A stretch of DNA of 32,227 nt from Octopus bimaculoides (taxonomy: Eukaryota), in contig NC_068986.1 in assembly GCF_001194135.2 (NCBI RefSeq), positions 52,743,922 to 52,776,148 of the forward strand, in the 5' to 3' direction. Position numbers and translations under genes: made by a program. This document shows positions 20,917-31,350 of this stretch, piece after piece. The notes beneath the pieces were generated by a model. The model made no database searches, was not told where the DNA came from, and saw only the letters and a list, made by a program, of their open reading frames with translations. Each line of letters starts with the position of its first letter. Position 1 is the stretch's first letter.

Positions 20917-22164
20917 TACACTTTCATTAAATAAGATTTTCAGTGCTAGAACATAATACATATTTTGTTTGTCTGAAAAGAATGTTACTGCATGTTAATG
21001 ACAATTCTGCAATGTTTGTATGTAGCACTTGTTTGCTCTGGGTGTGACGTAAATGTTTGCTTTTAAAGTACTGTAAAACTTGTCTTATATGAAGAAATTA
21101 TATGAGAAAAAGAATAAAACGATTTCTATGTAAACGCTTCAGAAATTATTTGTTTCAACTTTAAAACCGAAGCAGCATGTAATACACATTGTCGTACTGT
21201 GGCAACTGATATAAACGAAAAGAAATCCAGATTTTAGCAGTTGAGAGTGACATGGAAAGCTGATGTTTGTAGAAATGTTTTCAAATTTTCAGAAAATCCC
21301 AGTATCACTTAATACTGAGTGAAAAATAAAACATTTTTTAAAATATTCAAAGACTCATTTTCACAAACAGAAAATGGACTAAAATTTGTTCATGCCTGTA
21401 TTTCTAATCAGCAGATTAACGGTGTTTCAATTGATTTACAACAAAATCAAGATTTGAGGCTTAGTAAAATATTCTATTGTTATATTGTGCTGGTGTTGAA
21501 CAACTGAAATATTATGACATTGGCCAGCTTACTGAAATAGCGGACGCTTAGTCCACCTAGTTATAAAAAAGGAACATAGGAGTAACCCAGGCATTGAAAG
21601 TGTAAAAGTTTTGAGAATATTTCATGACTGACAATCTATTTCAAGAAATTTCAATTCTGAATTCTTGCCCAACACAATTTTGCTCTCAGTTTCGTCAAAG
21701 CAAATCAATAGCTTATCAATACTGTTTCATTTCTGTAAAAGAAAATCGGTGCAAAATAGATTTCCTCTGTAAACACAAGACGATACACATATTCTGGTAT
21801 GGTGTAATGTAGAATAGACTTAGCCCTGCAGTTAAAAGGCATATTCTGCAATTATTGGGTTCCGATTTAACACCTCCACCTGACTTTTAGTGAAGTACTC
21901 TCTTCTGCAATCATTTGGGCCAGGTCTCCGCTTTGCGTATAACTACTTTCATCTGTCCCCTTGGCCATAACAAGGGACATGCGGCAAAATAACAGGGAAA
22001 ACATAGACAGTCATGCAGATATAAACGTAACTAAATATATATTAATATAATAGTACGGCATTCAATCGCTCCTGCGTGGACGTCACCCAACAGTCAAATG
22101 CAAGATATATCTGAACACGCAGAATAAGAAAGCTGAATATAAACAAAGCAGAGGAAAAGTTAAG

Positions 22165-22240
22165 ATGTCATGACTAGAACGCCTTTGATCAGAGGCCTAT
22201 TTAATCAAAGCTAATGTCAGATAAGTAACAAGAAATAGCA
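22165..22240 (+). mobile_element. SINE-like family D, 3' end
   Basis: TGTCATGACTAGAACGCCTTTGATCAGAGGCCTATTTAATCAAAGCTAATGTCAGATAA followed by a degenerate AAC tail; resembles the reverse complement of 24369-24432. Confidence 0.55.
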
Positions 22241-22278
22241 AGCAACAATAACATGAAGAACATTCGTTACTAACATAA

Positions 22279-22420
22279 GTACACAGCCTGAGATGTTGGT
22301 GGGAGGGTTAGTCGATACTTGTCTGGTACGTTGTTTTACCGACTCTGAGGAAATGAAAGTGAAAATTGGCTTCGGCAGGATTTTAATTGAAAAGTTCAAG
22401 AACAAGAACAAGTATCGCAA
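22279..22420 (-). mobile_element. SINE family A, highly diverged
   Basis: GGGAGGGTTAGTCGAT..GGTACGTTGTTTTACCGAC..ATGAAAG..TTCGGCAGGATTT parallels 660-770; explains ORFs 22293..22529 and 22217..22438. Confidence 0.6.
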
Positions 22421-22649
22421 AGTTTGTGGTCGTCCCATCTTCGTTGAGCCCTGTGTGGCTAATAAAAGAAATGTATCTCACAATACACGTAGTTTATGTT
22501 TCGAACATCATAGAGAAAACTATAAATAGTTGGCAACCATAGATGGTCATGTATGATGTGTTACGCCGCTTCAGGTAATGTCACTTGACATTCACTGTCA
22601 GTATATTAATGGAGCGGTACAATTATCATAAGACATCGAAAAAGCCAGT

Positions 22650-22760
22650 ATATGCTAGAAATAGCAGGGAAATTTTCATAAAACCATACATTTCATTCAG
22701 AAAAGAAGCTCGCATTTTAATCACATTCTGGTCCCTAAATTAAGAAGGCATGGTAGTGGT
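22650..22760 (+). mobile_element. SINE-like family D, diverged
   Basis: TGCTAGAAATAGCAGGGAAAT...GCATGGTAGTGGTTGGAATACATTGGATCA; same motif order as the other copies. Confidence 0.5.
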
Positions 22761-22917
22761 TGGAATACATTGGATCAATCAACAAGTAAAATCGTCACAT
22801 TTCCGATTTCTCTTCCAATTAGTGCAGGGTTTTTGACAACCTTACTTTGATTTTTTCATATTCTTTTGTTAGCTACATTAAATTTACACTATTGTATACT
22901 TCTACGAATGATCTCGT

Positions 22918-23057
22918 TTAACCTCCGATCACTACCAGACCGAAGATCAAAGGCATTCTATATCTGACTATTATGTTTTATTTCTTCTCTATTCTCTAGC
23001 ATGATAGTCTGTGTGTTATCCAATGAAGCTCCCTAACCCCATTTAAGGGAAATTTTA
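22918..23057 (-). mobile_element. SINE-like family D, diverged
   Basis: Plus strand TTTAACCTCC..CAGACCGAAGATCAAAGGCATTCTA..TTATCCAATG..ATTTAAGGGAAATTT. Confidence 0.5.
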
Positions 23058-23439
23058 CAGAGTGGGTTCAGAAGTTTCCTGGGATGACAATAAATAAATT
23101 AAATCGGCTATCATTATCCTGTCGGATGACTTGCTCTGCCGAATGCAATCCTTCCACGTCAAATATTCCAATCGAACGATGCGACAAGAATGTATAGCTC
23201 GCATTGGTCTTTTGCTAGCTGTATTATCTCATCTGCACACACCACTGCTACAGATGAGAATAGTAGTTCGCTGACTGAACTGGTTGAAGCTGGCTGTTGA
23301 TAGTTTGTTGCATGTGCATTCTTTCAGCATCTTGTGATATTTTTCAGTGACCAAATAAGTTCATAAGCTGAAATTGTTCACATCTACAATACTGCATCCC
23401 ATTATTTCAACGTACCCTGGCTTGAGTGACCACATGTTA

Positions 23440-23555
23440 TTTAACCCACTTTTATGACCCTAACAGATGCTACTACTCCGGATGAGAGTAGTTCTAGGAA
23501 CAATAGTGGCTAAGAGATGGTTCCACACTCCTCAAAACGCTGGAGCTCCTGAGCT
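23440..23555. mobile_element. Degenerate interspersed repeat (possibly LINE/SINE-derived)
   Basis: GACCCTAACAGATGCTACTACTCCGGATGAGAGTAG..TTCCACACTCCTCAAAA..CTGGAGC resembles an abundant repeat I recall; single copy here, so not verifiable within the window. Confidence 0.35.
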
Positions 23556-23683
23556 AGGGCCCCATTACTCTATACACTAAAATCGGCTATACCCTCCGAC
23601 AAAGTCCGTAGACTTGCGCCGTTGTTAGAAATCTTCTACCCCGCTTCTTTTTCTTCCTAAATTAAAAACTATGTTTTTCTTAC

Positions 23684-23735
23684 CCAGAAATGAAGCGAAC
23701 TTTTTTCTTCCTGGTGACTTATACACAATTTCCTC
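23684..23735 (-). CDS. Candidate internal exon EEIVYKSPGRKKFASFL (speculative)
   Basis: Donor TGG|gtaaga (23683-23682); weak acceptor ttttatatatttcgaacaag; phase 0 to 1, open frame. Confidence 0.15.
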
Positions 23736-24344
23736 CTTGTTCGAAATATATAAAATATTTTACTTTAAATTGAGAGTCCCCAGAAAATAAACATTATTAA
23801 AGGCTATCAAATTTGAAGTTATTCTCGGTGTTTCTTTCACAAAAGAAACACCAATAAATATGGCACCCCTGCCAATTCTCATATAAATATTTGATGGTTA
23901 GTATCGGATGAAATAACCTGCAGTATTTAGTAGCGATCTTTTAATTTCTGTTTTCAAATGTAGTGGAGTTCATATTTCATCTTTATGTTTATAGGACATC
24001 GTTGATGAGAAAGGAATTATAAAAGACTTTTATAATATAAAATGAGGTTTTGCTATTATGGCTTCAATCTATCTCGAAATTACCCTATCTCTATCTTACT
24101 CTCTCTCTATCTATTTCTCTATCTATTTTATCTCTATATCTCTTCGATTTTCATAACTAAAGTAGATTCACTTTTTCATTACATGAAACTATCCATTAGA
24201 TTCGAATCAACTACAACATCAAAGTATTCAATATTTTCAAGCTTATCACTGAATTAAATAATTATTTTTATCAATCTGAACATCTTGCTAATTAAACAAA
24301 TTGAAAATTGATTTCCCTCCATGGCGGTAGAGGTGGTAATTGTT

Positions 24345-24545
24345 ACTATTGTTGTTGTTGCCGTTGATATACCCCAGGTCGGGCCTGTTCGAATAGAACT
24401 GATCAAAGACATTTCGGCTATGACCATCCCATCTTTCCATCAAATACTGAGCATTCAGGACATTATCCGATTTATTCTCATTCTAACATTGTAAAATTTG
24501 TTATGAGGAAGATTTCGGTGCTATTTATTGCAATTAGGAAGACGG
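24345..24545 (-). mobile_element. SINE-like family D, best-preserved copy, with (AAC)n tail
   Basis: Plus strand (GTT)n at 24349-24366, then ACCCCAGGTCGGGCCTGTTCGAATAGAACTGATCAAAGACATTTCGGCTATGACCATCCC ... GATTTCGGTGCTATTTAT. Confidence 0.65.
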
Positions 24546-25319
24546 ACTCATGTTTACTTAACCCTTGCAATGACCAAATCAGCATACACAATTATTAAGG
24601 ACTTTCCAGCCAACACCAACTGGTCTTTTTGACGTAGTTTGTGTCTGGAACCAAATTATCCAATGTTTCTGAAAATATCAATAACTTCACCATGTGCATG
24701 TTTGTATTACAGGAAGCATTTTCCACACTTTGTAACCTTTCAACACGTTGGTCAGGTCAACCATTACTGAGTACCCTGTACGTAGCCTGCAGCGGATTTC
24801 CTGTTTGTTTTGGTAGTCGCTACAGATGCAGACACCCACCAATTAGACTTTTCAACCAGCTTCATCCCCTGACCGTGAAGCCGAGTCACTGGACATTCAA
24901 ATAAATTCAAAATTGCTGATCGACAGAGGCCAGCTTTTTCTCTGGCGTATTTTATGCACAGCTTGTACTTCAGAGCTTGTTGATAACAACGGGCGGTATC
25001 AACTGCATTTTCCAGGCTACTGATCTGCTAACCGCCTGACAATTGTCGACCTAGAATTCCATAGCTATTCTGATCTCTATTCCTCCGTAAACATAGTAAG
25101 AAAATATCAACAGGATGCTGCCCTGGCTTGAGACATTTACCTATGTCAAACAAGTTAATGTAACCCCTTTCTGTACAGACTTCAGCCTGCTGTTTTATCT
25201 TAGCTAATATAATTCTGATCGATCAAATGGTAAGACAAACACATTTTATCAAGCGTGTTCCATGATTTAGTGTAGGTAATGTAGTCGGATATTTTCGTTA
25301 TATTTTTATATCTATATAC

Positions 25320-25521
25320 ATATATTCAAACCCACACGCGCACACACATATACATATATACCTAAACATATGAACATATATGTATGCATATATACATATG
25401 TAAGAATTTCACTATACACATATATATATGCGTTTATAAATATGTATATACATATATATATACACACACGCACGCAAACACACACACACACATATATTCA
25501 CATATATGTGTGTGTGTATAT
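25320..25521. repeat. (CA)n/(TA)n/(TG)n low-complexity tract
   Basis: Directly visible; precedes gap 25522-26113. Confidence 0.9.
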
Positions 25522-26113
25522 NNNNNNNNNNNNNNNNNNNNNNNNNNNNNNNNNNNNNNNNNNNNNNNNNNNNNNNNNNNNNNNNNNNNNNNNNNNNNNN
25601 NNNNNNNNNNNNNNNNNNNNNNNNNNNNNNNNNNNNNNNNNNNNNNNNNNNNNNNNNNNNNNNNNNNNNNNNNNNNNNNNNNNNNNNNNNNNNNNNNNNN
25701 NNNNNNNNNNNNNNNNNNNNNNNNNNNNNNNNNNNNNNNNNNNNNNNNNNNNNNNNNNNNNNNNNNNNNNNNNNNNNNNNNNNNNNNNNNNNNNNNNNNN
25801 NNNNNNNNNNNNNNNNNNNNNNNNNNNNNNNNNNNNNNNNNNNNNNNNNNNNNNNNNNNNNNNNNNNNNNNNNNNNNNNNNNNNNNNNNNNNNNNNNNNN
25901 NNNNNNNNNNNNNNNNNNNNNNNNNNNNNNNNNNNNNNNNNNNNNNNNNNNNNNNNNNNNNNNNNNNNNNNNNNNNNNNNNNNNNNNNNNNNNNNNNNNN
26001 NNNNNNNNNNNNNNNNNNNNNNNNNNNNNNNNNNNNNNNNNNNNNNNNNNNNNNNNNNNNNNNNNNNNNNNNNNNNNNNNNNNNNNNNNNNNNNNNNNNN
26101 NNNNNNNNNNNNN

Positions 26114-26249
26114 CGGCAAAAGAGACCAATAGAGTAACTACTAGGCTTACAAAGAATAAATCCTGGGGTCAATTTGCTCGACTAAAGGATGTGCTCAAGC
26201 ATGGCCGCAGTCAAATGACTGAACAAGTAAAAGAGAAAATGAGTAAAGA

Positions 26250-26250
<1 letters not shown>
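26114..26250 (+). mobile_element. SINE family B, 3' end (remainder probably in the gap)
   Basis: CGGCAAAAGAGACC..ACTAGGCTTACAAAGAATAA..GCATGGCCGCAGTCAAATGACTGAACAAGTAAAAGAG, followed by (TA)n. Confidence 0.85.
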
Positions 26251-26283
<33 letters not shown>

Positions 26284-27002
26284 ATTATTAGAACGATGGT
26301 CCAATTCTTAAAACTTGAAGATTTTGGTTCTTTTTTTGTTCTCATTTAACTTTGTAAGAGACAGAGGCGCAAAGCCATTAGTAATTTTACACAAAATCTT
26401 AGTTTGTCTCCATGACTACAATTTGCCATTTGGCAATAAACATTTGTACTAACTTAATAGTAATTCCGAGTTTGCATTTATTTCCTGTACAAGATATTCA
26501 CTCTTTCATCATTTATCATTTTTGATCAATGATATTTCAATGGTTGTACAAAGTAGTTTGCCGGAAGTAAATAACATATTTACGTCCACAAGTAACTGAA
26601 ACATCTATAATTAAGTTAGAGTTAAACATAATTAAAGCAGATAGCAAAAATGATAATTAGCAGAAGCAATTACGTAATGAGGAGTAAACAATATTAGACA
26701 GAGACCAATATTATTTGAATTATTTCAACTCGTACGGGAGATAACTCCGTAGAAGTTTAGATTTATTCTGACTGCATCAGAAGAGGGTAGACTGGATAAT
26801 ATTTGCCGAAGGAGATCTACTTAGATAAGCGAAAGGGATAGCTGAAAAACACATCGTAGATTTTCATTTATAATGGTGAAACGTGTACAAAATTTTCTCA
26901 GGGGTATCTGTATAATGATGTATACTGAAATTAGCAAGAGTGAATGAAAGTAGAAATGAATACATATAAGTGTGTGTGGTGGGGGATGTAGGCGGTATGT
27001 TT

Positions 27003-27197
27003 GAGTGTGTGTGTGTGCGTGTGTGTCTCGCCACACCGCTTGACAACCTGTGTTGGTGTGTTTATGTTCCCGAAATTTAGCGGTTAGGCCACAGAGACTG
27101 ATAGAAATACTAGGATTAAAAGAATAAGTATTTGACACGATTCGTTTTACTAAACTTCTTCAGTGCGGTACCCCAGCATGAACGCAGTCTAATGACT
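27003..27197 (+). mobile_element. SINE family B, 5'-truncated at the (TG)n
   Basis: (TG)n then CACCGCTTGACAACCTGTGTTGGTGTGTTTATGTTCCC..CCCCAGCATGAACGCAGTCTAATGACT. Confidence 0.8.
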
Positions 27198-28010
27198 CGC
27201 ACAATTCGAATATATAAAATATATATATATATANNNNNNNNNNNNNNNNNNNNNNNNNNNNNNNNNNNNNNNNNNNNNNNNNNNNNNNNNNNNNNNNNNN
27301 NNNNNNNNNNNNNNNNNNNNNNNNNNNNNNNNNNNNNNNNNNNNNNNNNNNNNNNNNNNNNNNNNNNNNNNNNNNNNNNNNNNNNNNNNNNNNNNNNNNN
27401 NNNNNNNNNNNNNNNNNNNNNNNNNNNNNNNNNNNNNNNNNNNNNNNNNNNNNNNNNNNNNNNNNNNNNNNNNNNNNNNNNNNNNNNNNNNNNNNNNNNN
27501 NNNNNNNNNNNNNNNNNNNNNNNNNNNNNNNNNNNNNNNNNNNNNNNNNNNNNNNNNNNNNNNNNNNNNNNNNNNNNNNNNNNNNNNNNNNNNNNNNNNN
27601 NNNNNNNNNNNNNNNNNNNNNNNNNNNNNNNNNNNNNNNNNNNNNNNNNNNNNNNNNNNNNNNNNNNNNNNNNNNNNNNNNNNNNNNNNNNNNNNNNNNN
27701 NNNNNNNNNNNNNNNNNNNNNNNNNNNNNNNNNNNNNNNNNNNNNNNNNNNNNNNNNNNNNNNNNNNNNNNNNNNNNNNNNNNNNNNNNNNNNNNNNNNN
27801 NNNNNNNNNNNNNNNNNNNNNNNNNNNNNNNNNNNNNNNNNNNNNNNNNNNNNNNNNNNNNNNNNNNNNNNNNNNNNNNNNNNNNNNNNNNNNNNNNNNN
27901 NNNNNNNNNNNNNNNNNNNNNNNNNNNNNNNNNNNNNNNNNNNNNNNNNNNNNNNNNNNNNNNNNNNNNNNNNNNNNNNNNNNNNNNNNNNNNNNNNNNN
28001 NNNNNNNNNN

Positions 28011-28019
28011 ATATATTTA

Positions 28020-28057
<38 letters not shown>

Positions 28058-28155
28058 TTTATACATACATACAAACATACATAGAAACATACATACATAC
28101 ATACATACATGCATACATACACACATTCATACAAACAAACATACATACATACATA
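28011..28155. repeat. (TA)n-(CATA)n microsatellite
   Basis: Directly visible. Confidence 0.93.
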
Positions 28156-28464
28156 ACTGCTACTGTCCTTCATTAGGGATACTCTTTATTTCCCTCTCAC
28201 CGATGGTGGTAAATTTAGCTTATGTGGAAATCTTTCCTCAATAACATATGGTCCACATGCTTAGTTATCTAGGCACAACTGTAAAAGACTTTGTATATTT
28301 GCAATAACTACTCTGCACTATGTTCGAATTATGTTTAAATTATACTTATAAATTAAATGCTCAAAAGGATACATGATACAACGTTTTGTTTGTTCATTAT
28401 CTGTTTCTGATATATATGTGGTGGTGGGGTGGCGTATGTATATGTAATCGTGTATACATGCGTT

Positions 28465-28467
<3 letters not shown>

Positions 28468-28537
<70 letters not shown>

Positions 28538-28548
28538 NNNNNNNNNNA

Positions 28549-28617
<69 letters not shown>
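28468..28617. repeat. (GATA)n microsatellite with a 10-N gap
   Basis: Directly visible. Confidence 0.97.
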
Positions 28618-28618
<1 letters not shown>

Positions 28619-28741
28619 GTCAATATCGAAAAGTGAGAATGTGTACTCAACACTCTTTGGTAAATAAATATTCTTTATTTGTCGCTTAACAAGCTAACCA
28701 ATGATTACACAATTGCTCGATCTTGCTGCGTGGATGGTCAT

Positions 28742-28847
28742 AAAAAGAAAGAAAGAAAGAACGAAAGAAAGAAAGAAGGAAAGAAAGAAAGAACGAAAGA
28801 AAGAAAGAAGTAAAGAAAGATAGAAAGAAAGAAAGAAAGAAAGAGGA
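28742..28847. repeat. (GAAA)n microsatellite
   Basis: Directly visible, with an internal GAAAGAACGAAA variant occurring twice. Confidence 0.95.
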
Positions 28848-28939
28848 GAAATATCACTGTCTCATAGCCGTTGGTGCTGTTATTTTTATTGGAGATGTTT
28901 GTTAGTTGTGTTGTTATTAATATAGCATTAGCGCTGTTA

Positions 28940-29005
28940 TCATTGTTGTTACTTAGCCATTTCAGACCTATTTCAGCAAAATTATGATCAAAGTAATCCC
29001 AGTCG
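28940..29005 (-). mobile_element. SINE-like family D, degenerate 3' end
   Basis: ttgttgtt acTTAGCC..TCAG..TATGATCAAAGTAATCCCAGTCG. Confidence 0.4.
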
Positions 29006-29300
29006 CTATTATTATTTTATTCTGCTTTTCCATTTTCCTTTCTTTTTTTTTTTTTTAGCTTTAATGCGTTTAGGACTACTTAATTATCCACTGTATCCTT
29101 TCACTCTTTTTAAGACTGCAGGGTGTGCTATGAGGGCCAATTCTGCTGCTAATTCAAACAGTGAAACGATTACATGATATACTGGTTTTGATTCGTTCGC
29201 GGTTGAAATTAATTTTCTTCATTCAATTAAGTTGTACTCTTTTATACTTCTTCTCTCTCTTTCTGTCTGCTTTTTTCTCACCATCTAAAATATATAATAA

Positions 29301-29623
29301 TTTTTTCATCTTTTTCTTGTTTCATTCATTAGATTGCGGCCATTCTGGGGCACCGCCTTAAAGAGTTTTAGTCGAATGAATCGACACCAATACTTTTTTA
29401 AAGCCGGGTACTTATTCTATCGCTTTCTTTCTACGAACCACTAAGTTACAGGGACGTAAACACACCAACACCGATTGTCAAGCGATGGTGGGGACAAACA
29501 CAGAGACAAAGACACGCACATAGATACATATTTACGATGGGCTTCTTTCAGTTTTCCTCTACCAAATCCATTGACAAGGTGCCACGCATTTGGGAAGCAA
29601 AGTTCTTACCGCACAGCCACGCC
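29301..29623 (-). mobile_element. SINE family B with two internal deletions in the head
   Basis: Reverse complement GGCGTGGCTGTGCGGTAAGAACTTTGCTTCCCAA|ATGCGTGGCACCTTG|TCAATGGATTTGGTAGAGGAAAACTGAAAGAAGCCC..CCCCACCATCGCTTGACAATCGGTGTTGGTGTGTTTACG..CCCCAGAATGGCCGCAATCTAATGAATGAAACAAGAAAAAG. Confidence 0.88.
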
Positions 29624-29903
29624 GAAAATAACATCTATAAGGACCATCTGGAAGGGTAAATTCTACCAACAGAGATTTTTATAGATTCTCATTTCTCTCA
29701 CATTCTTACCATCCCTCACTCAATACTTCCCTCCACTCCCACGCATTGTCACTCACTACCCCTTCTCTATTACGACGATCGATTTCTCCAAAATAAAGAG
29801 CTCCAGAGGAAAATCTATAATATGAACATCATCTAAGAATTTAAAAGTGACGTGATTCAAAGACTTGTTTAAGTTTGATCTCTGATTGTCCCACAAGACT
29901 TAC

Positions 29904-29984
29904 TATTGTAAGCGTACTGGGAAATAGTAATTCCTCTGCATGTGAACGCTGGCAGAGTTTTATTCGATGTAATGGATTAGATAT
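29904..29984 (-). CDS. Candidate internal exon ISNPLHRIKLCQRSHAEELLFPSTLTI (speculative)
   Basis: Strong acceptor tattttatttcttcag (AG 29986-29985) and consensus donor gtaagt (29903-29898). 81 nt = 27 codons; only the phase-0 frame is open. No homologue recognised. Confidence 0.3.
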
Positions 29985-30889
29985 CTGAAGAAATAAAATA
30001 TATCAGACATTATGAAATAATATCCGTTGAAATAAAAATAGAATTATATATTATTTTCAATATATTTCTAGCCAGAAATTTCCTAAATTTTATGGGAAAA
30101 TGTCTGTTATGAAAAAACAAACATAGAAATTTATTTATTTCCAGTACAATGTTTTTTTTATTATTATTAATAAAACAGAAAATTTTCGGTGTAATAGCCA
30201 TTGTTTTCAGAATATATTGTGTCCGTTCCAGTAAAATAACCACACCAGTAAAAATATCCATTATACAGACACTAAACAACATAGAAGCTACTACCTCTGA
30301 TACATAAAAAATACAGTTTAGATACCAGGAATCCTGGACAAATGTTTTGACTTTCAGAAAATATGACCCAGATCGATAACAAACAGATATAACAAACATT
30401 TTTATTTTCGTAGCATTGTGATACATTTTGTTATTATTTACTACATATGTGCAATTACTATTGTTAGAAATATTCTTATTATTAGTGTTCTTATTTTAGG
30501 CGTTTTTTTTTTTTCTTGCTTCTTATGAATACTTTTCTTTCCAATTAGACATCCTTTTAACCGAGTTTTCTTTGAAAGCATTTACGGATATATACTTTAA
30601 AGGTTACTGCACACATATACATGCATGCAACTAACATACACTTACAGAAGCATGATTCTTTTACAGACTCATGTATACACACGCAAATTGTTATTCATTG
30701 TAAAGTTAGAGCAATTCATAAAAGAACATATACACAACATTAAATATGTATAAATATATTAACTGAAGAACATCGCTTGCCAATATAAACTATGCTTGTC
30801 TGATTTGCCGTTAACGAACCACGTTGGCGGCTGCATATGCATATATATATGTATGCATGGAAGTATATATTAAGATAGATAACTAGATG

Positions 30890-30923
30890 GATTGATAGAT
30901 ACATAGCAGACAGACAGTCAGAC

Positions 30924-30988
<65 letters not shown>

Positions 30989-31124
30989 TATATGCAAACA
31001 TACATACATTAATACATACAAGCATGCACGCATTCATAATACATACATACATACATACATACATACATAAATGCATGCATACATACATCCACATACATGC
31101 ACACATACATACACATTCCGATAC

Positions 31125-31166
<42 letters not shown>

Positions 31167-31252
31167 TGAGAGAGAGAGAGAGAGAAAGAAAGAGAAAGAG
31201 AGAAAGAGAAAGAGAGAGAGAGAAAGAGAGAGAGAGAAAGAGAGAGAGAAAG

Positions 31253-31283
<31 letters not shown>

Positions 31284-31350
31284 AAGAGAGAGAGAGAAAG
31301 AGAGAGAGAGAAAGAGAGAGAGAGAAAGAGAGAGAAAGAAAGAGGGGGGA
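30890..31350. repeat. Compound microsatellite GATA/GACA/CATA/TA followed by an ~205-nt (GA)n/GAGAAA polypurine tract
   Basis: Directly visible; source of the ER-rich ORFs 31024..31359 and 31166..31369. Confidence 0.95.

Larger units (their letters stand above)
2403..28547. other. Eleven assembly gaps (2403-2783, 4323-4817, 6635-6868, 7876-7968, 9607-10239, 12152-12824, 14818-14827, 19659-19781, 25522-26113, ~27234-28010, 28538-28547)
   Basis: N runs; most are flanked on at least one side by microsatellites, typical of short-read scaffolding. Confidence 0.98.

Noticed and set aside
22293-22529. 78-aa ORF MLVGGLVDTC...
   Set aside because: Lies largely on a decayed antisense SINE A copy.
23058-23340. 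Possible mariner terminus (TACAGAGTGGGTTCAGAAGTTTCC) and a CDK.CIAR-like end
   Set aside because: No matching second TIR and no DD34D motif.
23827-23852. 11-bp perfect hairpin GGTGTTTCTTT-caca-AAAGAAACACC
   Set aside because: Isolated, with no Helitron CTRR end or other supporting context.
30010-30426. 138-aa minus ORF and the opposite-strand KIFGVIAIVFRIYC.. frame
   Set aside because: Very AT-rich composition explains the hydrophobic open frames; no credible splice pair or family motif.
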